Shown here piece by piece: positions 11,124 through 26,519 of a stretch of DNA of 64,000 nt; the stretch's first letter is position 1; every line of letters begins with the position of its first letter. The notes under the pieces are model-generated. The model was not told the DNA's origin. It made no database searches and saw nothing but the letters and a program-made list of their open reading frames with translations. The DNA is from Blasia pusilla (lineage: Eukaryota). Position numbers and translations under genes: made by a program. The stretch is taken from positions 20,336,001-20,400,000 of the forward strand of contig CM114271.1 in assembly GCA_050084515.1 (NCBI GenBank), in the 5' to 3' direction.

Positions 11124-14100
11124 AACGGTGTCGTGTCAAGAGTCTTTCTTCGAGCAAGGGCGGGCCTTCTAGCTGCGGTAGATGCGGTTGATGCAAGGTG
11201 AATTCTCTAATAAGTTCTCCTTTTTCAATACAAAATTATGATGTACACTCCACTAGAAGAAATCCTTGGTTTTATGACTAGGTTATATGACTCATATGAG
11301 TCATACTTTACATACCACGACTAACAATGACTGACGACTACTTTAGACACAAAAGCCAAGTCATATTTGTTTGGCGACTAGGCTAACTAGGATGGTCAGC
11401 TTAGGTGGAAGTTGGAATATGACTCGAGGGTATAGTCATGAGGCCATGACTGACACGTCACTCAGATGACATGGAATAATGACACATCATCAGTGACATG
11501 GACTATTTAGTGTGATGTGTCACTGATGACAAGGACTATTGTTGTGACATGTCACTGATGATGTGGACTAGAGTACGACTCATCTAGTTATATGTGTATA
11601 TTTTTCTAGTTTCCACCAACGACTCCTTTAGTTATGGTTGGTGTGCAAAAGTTCAGAATATCCTATCAAAATGCACCAAGTGTACTCCATTCAGTTATAG
11701 TTGGCAACTCATGTAGTCATGTAGTATGACTAGAAGAGTAGAGTTACATGACTACTATAACAACGGACACAACTGGTTTAGTCACGAAGATATGACTATG
11801 TGAGTTGCGGAAATTATATAGTCATTGCAACATAACTGCATGAGACATACAATTATGACTAGAGAGAACTTGAAGCTTACTACTTTAGTTTTTGAACGTC
11901 TTGTGCAAGTTATATTGATATGACTAGTGGGAATATAAATTTTGGATATTTTGGAATGTTTATTATGCCTTTTGAACGGTGCAAGAATTAACGGATCTGA
12001 ATTATTGAAATCCTCTTTTCCATTTATATGGTGAACATTTAAGCGTTCACATTAGCACATAGTATAATTTTGAAAAAAATGCACATAACTAAAACAACAT
12101 CATATATCCAGAAACATGTCAACTCAACTATATGGAAGTAGCACATGAGCACTATGTTGTTATATTGAGTAGTGGCATCTTGATGTAATCAAGAAACTAC
12201 ATGAATTTTCTCTGAGTTTAGAAAGAGATGTAATAAGAATGTCTTGCTACAAACGAAACATACACAAGCAATTAACCAAGCAAATAATGAAAACATACTC
12301 TTGAAAACAGATTTTGAGGGGTGGAATGTCACTAAAGAGTAGCTCCCATATACCAAATTACAAAATGAATCATTATTACATGGGGTTATAATCCAAAAAT
12401 AGATAAAAAAAACAAAGATCAAATATAGTAGGGTTTATGATCTCATCTTGAAAGAGCAAGAGAGAATATGTCATCCATGAAAACAAAGTTATTGCACCTT
12501 AGATAGTTGGGTGCCAAAAGAAAAGACTACTCTACTGAATCACCTTTCTCATATGCATCTGTGGCCAGAGCATGCTTGAGCCAAGAGCATCACCAAATGT
12601 TTCTTGTACAGGTTCGTCTATCAAATTCGGCATCCACAAAACATGTTCTGGTTCGAACACCTCGTTTAGATCAACCCTCACCACGCCTAAGGGGATGTCT
12701 TTGGCATGGAACTTGTCTCTTCCATCAAATCTGATATAACTCCTGAACCAAGCACCATCCTACTCAACTTTGGTTTGGTGAATAATACGTGATCACCAAT
12801 TCGTAGCTAAAAAAATACACAAGCATTTAGTTAGTATCAATTCAAATTCTTTCCACATGCATTTGCACCATTCATCTGAAAGTAAAAAACTGCTATGATA
12901 TACCTGTTTGAAAGACCATCCCCATTTCGGAAGATGATGCGAAAAGTTCACACAAGTCCTAGACGACCATTTGACTGTCCACAACTTTACCTGATTGGGA
13001 TCCCCAATAGACATTACTTACCTGTGCAGTAGCTTTGGGCAATGAATCAAGGCTACTGAATGTGTTGAACAATTCTGGTGCTACCAGAATGAGAGAGAGA
13101 AAGACTATACTATTAAGTAGTGCCTGTTGTAGCCTTGCTACCATAAACCCCGCGCCATGGTTGGACGGTGCTTGAGAGTGGGATGCGTGTAGAGAGAGAA
13201 GCAAGTGAAGAAGGTACCTTGAACAATTCTGGTGCTACCAGCTTAGCAATATCAAAGATATGCTCTTGCTCGAGGAATACGACTTTTGCGTAGGGAAACC
13301 AAGTAATGGCTAGATGTTTCATCCCTATCGTTCTGAAGGCGTCAACAATATGGCATCAAGAAGCGGAGCAAAATCACAATGATCTAGGAACTCAGAGAAG
13401 GGGATCTGGAGACTCGTTTGGTAGATCACCAGGGTGAAAAGAGCAAGAGTGAAGTAGCTCTCCATGCAGCAACTAAGGAGCGCCAAAACAAGGTTTCTCA
13501 CTGGAAGCAAAGTGGCGGCCTTTGTTGAAGAAAGGGAAGAGAATGTAATTGCTCAGAGAGCTTCAGAGGCACATAGAGAAGCTAGAGCCGAAGCTCGGCC
13601 TATGTGGATACATCAAGAGGACTGAAAAAACAAATCTCTCATTTGGAGAAGATACAAAAGCTGGATTAGAGGCCAATTTACTAGATGTGTTGAAAATTAT
13701 TCTGCATACAACAAGATTGAGCTCTTGAAATGGCCAATGAACAGTTGATACTGGGTGGCCTTGATGGGTATCGATCATTTGCAGATGGAGGTATGACTTG
13801 TTGAGGGTGCCGTATATTGAAGAGAAGCTAAAATAAACTTCTTCATACATTCTCAAATCTTAAACATCAAGGGACGTCGGAGGGAGCAATTCGCCCACGC
13901 AAGACCGTGAGATTCCATAAATGATGACAACAAGCGATCTTAAAGGCGGGCGGAAGGAACAAGCCAGAACTCACCAAGAGAATCAGTAGAGTATGCCGGC
14001 GTAGATCAGAATCAGCACGAGGAGAAGCGCAACACAAAGAGCATGAACTCCCACCCAGCAGAGCTTTAGGCCCCACCGCAGTGGATCCCCTAGCAAGCGG

Positions 14101-14900
14101 GCAAGCAATCAAGCAATCGGCAAGCACACATCGCACCCAATGGATTCCCCTTCCATCAAACCGACAACTTCACCACCCTCCATAGAAAAATCTCATGCAG
14201 AAAAACCTCCCACCGACTATCGCAAACAAAAGAGGACAGACTTATCAATGAGCGGAAATTCTCAATCGCCGCGCAATTTGCATGAGTAATTGGAAGGGTT
14301 TTGCCCCATGCATTCTATGGAACTACAAGCAATCTTTTTAGTTGCCTAAGAGGAAATCCCGTTACTTCAGAACTGATTTTTTCTAAGGCTCATTATTCAT
14401 TTGAAAATGCTACTGAAAATGGATACCCTCCATGTCGCAAAGAGAAACATAATCAGAGCAGACCTTCCGAAAAAAAAAAAAAGTTCTCTTGTATGGAAGC
14501 CTTATGATGAAAAAAGAGTTCTATTGTATGGAAAGCAAGGAAGCGCTCCGCCAGGGTAAAAAATAAAGTAAAGTGCAGAATAAGGTCTTCCTTCATGTAT
14601 GAAATGGGGTCTGCTGAAACTCACCTGACTGCCGTCAACATCTAGGACGTTCCTATCTTAGAGTCACGTAACGATTTCATCCACGCTCCTGCTAGGAGGG
14701 AGAGGAGAGAGAGAAAGTGAAGTCCTGCGAGGTTCTCGGCATAGAAAGAGAGATTACTGGTGATTTGTTATCCATGGTAATCAATAGGGCCATGTGACTT
14801 TGATTTGCAAAGTGCGCAACAATTTGAACAAGACGCACTACAGCGGAGATCTCTCTCTCTCTCTCTCTGAGAGCGGGTAATGAATGAACACGTGCTTACG

Positions 14901-16862
<1,962 letters not shown>

Positions 16863-17749
16863 GGGCGGTGTAGCTGAATTTCCATATGATCTTCAACAAA
16901 AATTTGACACCTACAGTGGAGGATCAATCCATCCCAGGGAAGTCGAGAATGCCGCTCATATGGACGTTCTTTCATGAGCCAAACGGCATCCCATCACCAA
17001 CGAAAGTGAATCAAAGCAACCTTCGCGCCTGACCACTCTTGACAGACATCAAAACGAAGAGCGATGCAGACCTGCGAACCGGCTACACGATTCGCGGCTT
17101 CCGATTTGCATTTGATCACTTGACGTTCCTCTCCCATTCTCGTCTCCACCATCGCGTCCTAGCCTGGCCCGAGCTGACCACCGACCTATCGACGAACTAC
17201 GCCTCACATCAACACGAAGTCGTTGTAGAGACGACCAATGTCACCAAATCCCCACAATCGCGATAGCATTCTACACATGCTCTGCTCTTGAAATCACGAG
17301 TTTCATGCCTCTACCTCTGCCGCCGTGAATAACGTGTTGTCCTTGCTATCTCTCTATCTCTCTCTCTCGCTTTCTTGTCACCGCCTCCACATCACCCCAC
17401 TTTGTCGTCTTTCCACAAGATAACAAGAATTACTTCGCGTGTCCATAGCAATCCAGAGGCGTGCGAGCATGCTGCCGAATGTGGACTACGGTGGATTCAT
17501 CGCCAAATGCGTGCTAGCTACCGAATCACGAGTCACGTAACAATTTCATCCACGCTCGTGCTAGGAGAGAGAGAGATGCAAGACGATGAAAACTCCAGAG
17601 ATATGCCTGATTACGCATCAAAATGAGAGCAAGCGGAGATGGAAGCGAATGCAGCGAAGTTCTTTACTGTGGATGGCGAATGCAGCAAGCGGAGATGGAA
17701 GCGGCCCTCACCGGCTTAGCAAACCCAACTCGTCGCCTCAGCACACGAT

Positions 17750-20700
17750 CCACCACTAACATCATAAACCCTAAAAACGGTCTTCCATTTTAGGTTTGAG
17801 CATGGAGAGCTAACTTGTAGATCTGAACCATATAATTTGTGGAAGACATTAATGGACAGGCTCTGAAAAAATATTCATCCACATCCAATGGTGGCAAAAA
17901 AAAGTTACTACCATGTTACGATGAAAATGAGACAACGCCTAAGAAAAAGACTACTCAAAGTCCTAGTCCTCCTTCTTAATCCATCATTTTCTCCTCTCCT
18001 CCTCAAACTCCTCCTCCTTAAATCTTGAAACTTTTCCCAGGGAGGCAACCTGTTTTGAGGAACACAAGCCAAAAGAAAAAATTACAAATGACCACTCACA
18101 CATGGTATTAAAAACCGTAAACCCTAAATAAGGTTTGTAATTTTTGGTATTAGCATGGGAACTTGAATAAAAGATCTGAACCGTCGAAGTTCTTGACAAA
18201 TCTAATATCAAGGCTGGGAAAAATATTCATCCCCATCCAATGGTGGAAAGAAAAGAAACCACTATGTTACCATGAAAATAATGCAAAGCGTTCGAACGAG
18301 ACTATTCAAAGTCCTCGTCCTCCTTCTTGATCCATCATTTTCTCCCCTCCTCCTTAACCATAAGTCCTAAAATCTTGAAATTGTTCCCAGGGGAGCAAGC
18401 CAACTCCAGGAACACAGATCAAAAAAAAAAAATTACAAATGACCATTCAAAATGGAATTAAAAATTATAAACCCTAAAATTGATCTTTCATTTTTGGTTT
18501 GAGCACGGAGAGCTAACTAGCAAATCTGAACCGTTCAACATGTGGGCGGATTTGAGGCCTTAGTGTGTGTTAGGTTTCATCACCATCCAATGGTGGGAGA
18601 AAAATTAAACTTCATGATACAATGAAAATGCCATAAGGACTCGAACATAACAACGCCAAAAATCCCACACTTTGCCTTTTTTATCTCCATATTCCTTATA
18701 TTTCAGCTCCATCCAACAGTGGGAAGTCAAGATACTAGAGTGCAAACATCAAAATTGAACTAACACTTGGATCATTATTCGTGTTTTGCCTTTCTTCGTC
18801 TTTCATCTCCATTTGCTTGGCCCTCCTCTTCATCATCGTGTCTATAAATCATGAAACTTTGTCACAATATGTACTTATGTGTTACTATACCAATGTAAAA
18901 GAAAATCTCCAAATGGAGCCTAAACAGGGAATAAAAATCATAAACCCTAAATATGATTTCCCATTTTTAAATTGAGCAGGGAGTAGGATATGGAAAATCC
19001 ACACGGTCCAAAAGTAAAAGGGCCTTCTCATGTCCATATTCCTTATTTTTTAGTTCCATCCAACGGTGGGAAGTCAAGATGCTAGAATGCAAACATCAAA
19101 ATTTAACTAGCTCTTGGAACATTATTGATGTTTTGCCTTTATTTCTCTTTCATGTCCATTTTGTTGGCACCCCTCTTCATCACCAAGTCCATAAATCCTC
19201 AAACTTTGTCACAAGATTTACTTATGTGTTAATATACCAATAAAAAAAGAAAATATCCAATTGGATCCCCGGCCTGGGAATTAAAAATCATAAACCTTAA
19301 ACAAGGTTTCCTATTTTTAAATTGAGCATGAACTAGGATATGGAAAATCCACACCGCCCAAAAGTAAAAGGGCCTTCTCATCTCCATAGTCCGTATGTTT
19401 CAACTCCATCCAACGGTGGGAAGTCAAGATACTAGAGTGCAAACATCAACATTCAACTAACTCTTGAACATACTTTGGTTTATGTGTGGTTTTCTTTCTT
19501 AGTCTTACATCTCCATTTGCTTGGCCCTCCTCTTCATCACCATGTCTATAAATCATGAAAATTTGTCACAAGATGTACTTATGTGTTACTATACCAATGG
19601 AAAATGAAAATCTTGAAATGGACACCCAAAGAGGGAATAAAAGATCATAAACCCTAAACATGATGTCCCAATTTTAAATTGAGCATGGAGAGGATATGGA
19701 AAATCCACACCGTACAAAAGTAAAAGGGCCTTCTCATCTCCATAGTCCTTATATTTCAGCTACATCCAACGGTGGAAAGTCAAGATGCTAGAGTGCAAAC
19801 ATCAAAATTGAACTAACTCTTGGATCATTATTCGTGTTTTGCCTTTCTTTGTCTTACATCTCTATTTGCTTGGCCCTCCTCTTCATCACCATGTCTATAA
19901 ATCATGAAAATTTGTCACAAGATGTACTTATGTGTTACTATACCAATGGACAAATAAAATCTTGAAATTAACGCCCGGCCAGGGAATCAAGATTGAGCAT
20001 AAAAATAAAACCCTTAATGCGGTTTCCTAATTATAAATTCAGCATGTAGTAGGATATGGAATATCCACAGTGTCCAAAAGTAAAAGGGTCTTCTCATCTC
20101 CATAGTCCTTAAGTTTTGAGCTCCATCCAACGGTGGGAAGTCAAGATGCTAGATTGCAAACATCAAAATTCAACTAACTCTTGGAAGATTACTTGTGTTT
20201 TGCCTTTATTCCTCTTGCATATTCATTTTTTTGGCCCTCCTCTTCATCACCAGGTCTCACCAAGTATGCCCTAAATCAAGATACATTTCCTTGAGGAGCA
20301 TCCCAACACCTAGAATAAAGGGGAAAAGAAAAAACTCCAAATGACCACTCGTACATGGATTTAAAAATCATAAATCCCAAAGGAAGTGTTTCATTTTTGG
20401 CACGATAATGGGGAGCTAAATAGCATATCAAAACCGTTCAAGTAGTGCAAATAATTAAGAGAAAAGTCAGTGCCACGTTTTATCACCATATGATGGTTTG
20501 ATGAAAAGATAGCTACATGTTAATATGACAAACTACTCCCAACATTCGTACTCAAAGGCCTCCTCCTCCTTCTTGACATCCCATTCTCTCCCCCCTCCCC
20601 TCACCAAGGGTTCCAAAACTCAAGAAAATTTTTCCACATGGGCACCCCAACACCAGGAACTAAGGGGGAAAGAAAAAACTCCAAATGACCACTCACATAT

Positions 20701-20890
20701 GGATTTAAAAATCGTAAACCCCAAAGGAGGTGTTTCATTTTTGGTAGGAGCATGGGGTGTTAAATAGAAGATCCAAACCATTCAAGTAGTGCAAAAAATT
20801 AATTACAATGCTAGTGCCAAGTTTTATCTCCATCTAATGGTTAGATGAAAAGATATGGTTATGTAAACATGAAAATGACACAACAGCTTC
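17750..20890. repeat. Tandem array of ~350-360-bp units (about 9, in 2-3 subtypes) inside the CACTA element
   Basis: Anchor TAAACCCTAAA-like words at ~17765, 18118, 18468, 18941, 19291, 19648, 20005, 20371, 20716; ccatccaacggtgggaagtcaagat at ~18709, 19056, 19406, 19762, 20123. Confidence 0.88.
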
Positions 20891-22305
20891 GAATAATCCC
20901 TACCAACATTAGAGCATTAAATCATTTAAACATATGAGTTGTTTTTTATGACTCATCTTTACTGGTCGAGTAAATCAAGTATGACTCGTCTCTACTAAAG
21001 GTTATTGATAACTACGTTAGTCATAAGCAGATGACTTGGTGAGTCGTACGACCCTAAATTTGATGACTAAACCATTTAAGTCATAATTTGAGTCATTCTT
21101 TCGATGAGTCACTTAAAGTCTAGTCATAAAAACCACCCATTTCTTCTAGTGCTCTCCATTCTCTCACGACAGGTATCACAAATGGAAGTGCCGAGGCGAT
21201 CACTTCTTCGTAAGATCGGACCCCAAAATTCCTAACTATAAAATCCCTATAAACTATTTTACGCTTGTACACAAGGAAGATAGCATAACTAGTGCTAAAC
21301 CCTACTTGAGCAGGCCTATTGACATCCATGGATCGCTATATAAGGACATACAAAGTACAATCCCATGTCCTTCCATATATGACAATAGGAAGAATCACCG
21401 GAGTTGGAGATTGCATGACCTGGTTCATGAACGCCTCCCCAAAGTGATAAACTAAATAGCGAGTGAACCAGTGCCTATCTACAAAGAGTACCTTGATATG
21501 GTAAGGATTGAGGAAAGGAAAGTTGGGCACAGCTCGTGCTCCACCCCTATCCATGCTTGACAGACATTCTCTACTCTCCTCAAGAATGGGTTTTGGCGAA
21601 GTTATTCTCCCAAGAGGGGTAATCCACTCTCATTGGGGAAGTAACAAGCCAAAACATCCGCTATTTTAGTATGACTAAACTCCTCTACGCTGACAAACCT
21701 CTCATCCCCACACACACACATACCACTCTAGAAATCTCTCGAACAATAGACCATGGTCAAGTTACTCTCCCAAGAGGAGTAATCCACTCTCATTGGAAGA
21801 GCAAGCAATCCCAAAGCCATACACTCAAGAGAGACATGAGAGACTCAAGATGTGGAATAGAAGGTGATGAACCCTTGAAGGTCCCTCCTCTTTATATACT
21901 CACAAGGGATCCACAAGAGTACGAAATAGTGCTTATCTTATCTTGTGCCACATGGCTTCCTCTCAAGGCTTAGCCAATCACATTTTGACACAAGTAGATT
22001 TTCTCTTATTTCTTCCAAAATATCCTCTTTTACCCACTTGATATTTTCCAAATTATCCCAACTAACCTAGCCATCAACCAAGACTACTTTTGCTTTTCAT
22101 TAAAGCAACTACTTTACTTTTATAAAGTCATCTTTTATTTATTACCTCCTTTTCCTAAAGTTGGGCCCGCATAAAAGAGGCACCATAAAGAGGTTTAAAC
22201 ATAATAATCTCCTTTTTCTAAGCCAATTTACTTAATACTAATGAAACTCTTTCTAACACTTAATGACGAAGGAGTTTACACACTAGTTGATTCTACTATA
22301 CGACA

Positions 22306-23702
22306 ACGGTGGCCGCCCCCAACAATATGCTCGACACATGCCCCTCTTGAGCATCAACAATAGGAGTCATCGCACTCGCTTCTCCCATCGCCTTCTATGC
22401 CTGCACACCAACAACATCACCAACTCTCCAGGAACTTTGATGAGGACCCATCCAGGATCCTCCAGATCTCTGGCTACTCCATATGATGTCGATGCCACGG
22501 ATCCGGCATCGGGTAACCTCAATGCCATAGCGGCAATCTGCTCCTGTAGCTGCTGTATCTGAGCAACCATCCCAGCCTCACGTCCGGCGTCTCCCTCGGC
22601 GCGTCTAGGTGGTGGTACTCTACCTCCTCCACGGGTAGCTCCACCACCTTGTCGGGCAACTCCAGCTGCTCGTTCCCCAACGGGACCACCTAGTGCACGA
22701 TCTCTAGGCCTAATCGGACCGACTACTCGCTCTGGTGCCCTCTCTGACCCTCGGTCCGAACGTAACTCAGGATGTAAACTGAAACACCTGGCGCGTGTAT
22801 GACCATACCTCTGACAATAGTCATACTGATAACCTCTTGGTGCAGCACCATCTCCTCCTCCATGCTGAGGCACACGTCCATGACCCTGACGAGTCCAATC
22901 GCGTTGATGATGGGCTCCACCACATGACCAACAAGTAATAGTAGGCGGCTATTGCTGAGCCGCATATGAAGGCGCAAGTCTCTGTGGCACGGCCTCCCGG
23001 TATCCTCCCTGAGCTCGTGGTGCCACAGTCGACCTATCTCGGAGTCCATGTTGTTTGCAGGTGGTGCGATAATCGTGATCGCTCTCGCCTGAGAACCCAT
23101 GGTGGCTACGCTCTCCTCCGCCATGTTGCGCTCAATGTTCTCGGCGGTCCTAAAAACATCTCTCAACGTAGGGGAGGTGTTCATAAAAGCACCCCTCCGC
23201 ACCCGTGTCGCAGTGGTCCGGTCAAAGATCGCGTACCATGACTGGATAGCTTTGAGCCTCTGTCACCCCCGAGTGGCGTTGATCAACCGCGCAGCGAGTG
23301 TAAGCCTCACGCAAACTTTCACCGGGTGCCTCTCGAAGTCGTGGATGCTCCGCAACTTCTCCGTCCGTACCCCCCTGGTCGCCGCCCTCAATCGAGCAAA
23401 GAACTCAACCACGTGGTTGAACTGGGGACGAACCCGACTAGACGTGCAATCTGCTCCCGTCATTTGAGTGACCCCTCCTAAAACGTCACTAGTGGAAGAG
23501 GCAGTAGCCTCTCCTGACTCCTCCTTCTCATCTAGGAACGGCTCCGTCCATCACACATAATGTGGATCATAGTAGAGCCTCCACGCCTCGATCTCACATG
23601 CATATCTCTGAGAGAACTCATGGTAATCGTCCATGGGCGCCCCCTCTAAATGCTGGAACATACCGTTCCATGCTATAAACGGGTTGAACTCTCTAGAGTT
23701 CT
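22306..23702 (-). mobile_element. Gypsy copy 1, 5' part (gag with zinc knuckles), 5'-truncated
   Basis: Co-linear with copy 2 at 26735-28266; knuckle YQYDYCQRYGHTRARC; MNTSPTLRDVFRTAENIERNM matches ORF 27514-27804. Confidence 0.9.
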
Positions 23703-24320
23703 TCAATTGTCGAAACACCTCCTCTAGATATCGCTCATGCTCCTCAATCTGGTGCTAAAGACTACGATGTCATCAATATAACACCTAGCAAAATCCAGAC
23801 CTGCCAAGATCTTATCCATGACCCTCTGAAACTCATCCGGGGCGTTCTTTAACCCAAATGATAAGAACCCCCACTAGTACAAGCAATCCTTTCCGTGAGG
23901 ATCGATGCCCCAAAATGCCGTCTTCTGCATGTCTTCCAATTTGATACGCAGCTGCTAGTATCCGGCTTGAAGATTTAAAGAATTGCATGCCCAATAGCAT
24001 CAAGGATATCCTCAGGAGTGGGCATGGCATACTTATTGGACTTCGTATGCTGATTGATAGGTCGGTAATCTCCACACATCCTCCTATCCATCCAGTTGCC
24101 ATGCACATCCTTCTTGGCGGGCATGACAATGGCAGATGCATACTCTCCATGCAACATCTCGAGTCGTCCTGCGCCAACCAAGTTCTGGCTCCTACTCTGA
24201 ATCAGAGCCCTCTCCATGTCATTGTACCTGTAGGGTCGTCGGAAGATTGGCGTGTCACTCGTCAACTCAATGCAGATCCCATGACCCTTTAGCATACCCA
24301 AATCATGCATACTAAATGCA
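23703..24320 (-). pseudogene. Reverse transcriptase N-terminal half, copy 2
   Basis: PIFRRPYRY...ASAIVMPAKKD...RRMCGDYRPINQHT...YAMPTPEDILD; YIDD. Confidence 0.92.
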
Positions 24321-24727
24321 AAACAACTCCTATAACTTCTAAGGAACTGGTGTATCCGGCGCCGCTCTCCTTATGTCAACTTAGGGCCCATATCAGGCTT
24401 CCAAGTCTCCATCATGACTACAATAGGACTCTCAGGCGCGGGTGTCGGTGGTTGCTATGGTGCAACTCCGTCTCGGACATTAAAACTCTCATCTCCACGT
24501 GCAGTACCCGGAACCACACTCGATGCTGTGACTATCATCTCCTAGCATACCTGCAAAACATCCCAAGAAGTCCAAGGGTGTCTCTCCCGATCATCCCTGG
24601 TGTGTTGATCTCCTCGGATCTCGCCCCCAACCACTGCCTCAATTGTCTTGATAGGCATGGGGCTCACCAACGCAACAATTGTGATGTGTCGCATCCTCAA
24701 AAGACGCTGCTTAGCTACGCCTAAGCT

Positions 24728-25671
24728 GAAAATCCATGTCAAGGAGTTCAAATCCATCGCTTGACCCAAGACATGACCTCGTGATGCCCCTAATAGTGAC
24801 GGTACTGCCGTCACTCTTATGGGGAATCCCATCACTTGCTCTCGCTCATCAGCGTTGGGCTCCACCAACCCCTGTACCAGGTCATCCCAAACCAAGCCAG
24901 GTCCAACCTCCTTGAATGCATAGGAAGCAAGAAAACTCATAAATGTGGGAAAGGCTGCTTGTGGAATGCCAAGCCTTTTGACCATAGTCAACGACGGTAT
25001 ATCATCATGCCTCACCGTCTGTGATCAACAACCTGAATCCAAAATAGGATCCACCAACAAATCAGAGGGGCGCTCCACTCTAGCATACACCCTCCGCAAG
25101 ACCTCATGTGGAACCAAGTTGGTCCACCACAGACGCGGGCGGTGTGCTCTAGAACCTACACTCGTCACATCCAAAAACACTGCCGGACTGATCCATGCGC
25201 ATACCTGATGTGCACTCGTTACCATGCGGGCCTTAGATCGCCCAAAATCGGCACATTCTCCAGAATGTATGCTGGAGAACGAGATTGATTCTCCTGCAAG
25301 TGTCGCAAAATCTGCATCATCTCCCAAAATAACCTGGACCAAGAGTAAGCTAATCCGCTACCCTGTCTAGCACTCGGCTGGCCCTGACATGGCCAACCAG
25401 AAATTACCAAGTCTATGGTCCCTACCCGTTCCAAGTCTTGCGCCCCCAACAATGAAATGTCCCTTGATAGGGAACTCTGGTAATTCTGAATGGCAGACGC
25501 AGACAACAAGTCAAGAAAACGGAGGCGTAATTGCGCCACATGGTGAAGTGAAGCGCGCCTTGCAACATCATAAATCTCCGCATACAGGTACCGCTGCACA
25601 CGCACTCCCGCCTGCAAAACAACAGCTAACTTAGTGCTGATCCCTCCAAAGAGATCCAACACTCGAATACC
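24728..25671 (-). pseudogene. C5 cytosine DNA methyltransferase domain (DNMT3-like) in Gypsy Pol, copy 2
   Basis: ORF 25219-25710: IRVLDLFGGI (I), YLYAEI (II), IDLVISGWPCQG (IV, catalytic PC), SRLFWE, YILENV (VI). ORF 25025-25342: DVTSVGSRAHRPRLWWTNL (VIII). ORF 24542-25015: EREQVMGFP..T (IX), R.HVLGQAM (X). Confidence 0.93.
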
Positions 25672-26123
25672 CTTCTCTGGGATGCACCATACAATCGGAG
25701 TGGTATCCAAAGGGGTTATAGCAGCACTCGTGGCTATCTAGGTTTCCTCTAACCCGTCACACTCTAGTGCAAACGTCTTGCTCCATGCGGTCTGCACATG
25801 CTCAGTGGCTAAGCGTCGAAGCTCCTCAGTTGAGCCCCAAAGCGGCACCTCTCCTCCACGGACTAATGTGGCTACCATGACACTCCTCTCCATAGAAATT
25901 TTAGGAATGGTAGTATCCTCTGCATGGACATGTCCCTCAATCAAATCACTAGGCCAAGTGATGGCACTGCTAAATGCTGCTAAGGTCGCCATCTCTCCCG
26001 ACCATCGCTCGATCACTACACCTGTGAATCAAACGTGTAATGAGCTAAGGCGCCATCACTTGACTACCATCCTGGTCTGTAGGACGCTGACTCCTCCTAG
26101 CAATCCAAGAAAAACCCCATCGG

Positions 26124-26519
26124 TTATAACACTGCTCTACCAACCAAGATGTCGTAGGACTCTACATCAGTCACTATAGCCTTGGCTAGCACCACAGACT
26201 CATCAATAGGATGTCCCGGGCGAATCTTCACCACGATCTCCTGTCGGGTGATACACTTTGTGGTACTTGCTCCACCCAAGGATGTATGTATCCGGAATGG
26301 ACAACGCTCCACATCGGCTCTCGTCAAGCCCAACCCTCTAAACGATGCTTTCCCCAACATCAAGGGTTGCGCTCCTGAATCCAACAAGACGCGCTGTGGA
26401 CTAAAAGCTCTACCTCCGGGACTCACCAACTGGGAGACCTCTCCCCGGTTATCCACCAACTTAACACCAGGAGAAGCCATGGCTCGCTCTATCGGGGGTC
26501 TAGCGGGCATCTCCGCCAT
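26124..26519 (-). pseudogene. Aspartic protease, copy 2
   Basis: RVLLDSGAQPLMLG ... YDILVGRAVL. Confidence 0.88.

Larger units (their letters stand above)
4819..11128 (-). mobile_element. Ty3/Gypsy LTR retrotransposon copy 1, 3' part (PR-DNMT-RT-RH-IN-PHD-LTR), frameshifted
   Basis: Gypsy domain order on minus strand: LLDSGAQ protease, DNMT motifs, RT (LPFGLKNAP, YIDD), RNase H (TDHQPLKWL, LARWAL), integrase (WSLDF, TDQGTEF, GLAER). Continues at 22306 after a nested insertion. Confidence 0.95.

Noticed and set aside
6441-11172. Plus-strand ORFs over the Gypsy elements (e.g. 10639-11172; likewise 26182-26550)
   Set aside because: Antisense shadows of GC-rich pol sequence.
12200-14200. CACTA transposase (TnpD/TnpA) gene
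   Set aside because: Only short broken ORFs with no motif I can assign; may be a decayed element gene but cannot be supported.
17750-20890. CRISPR array or telomere
   Set aside because: Whole ~355-bp units are homologous (no unique spacers), there are no cas genes, and AAACCCTA occurs singly per unit rather than in tandem.
24728-25671. Host DNMT3/DRM gene or bacterial restriction-modification methylase (contamination)
   Set aside because: Intronless, embedded between protease and RT in two independent retroelement copies, with no cognate endonuclease or operon context.
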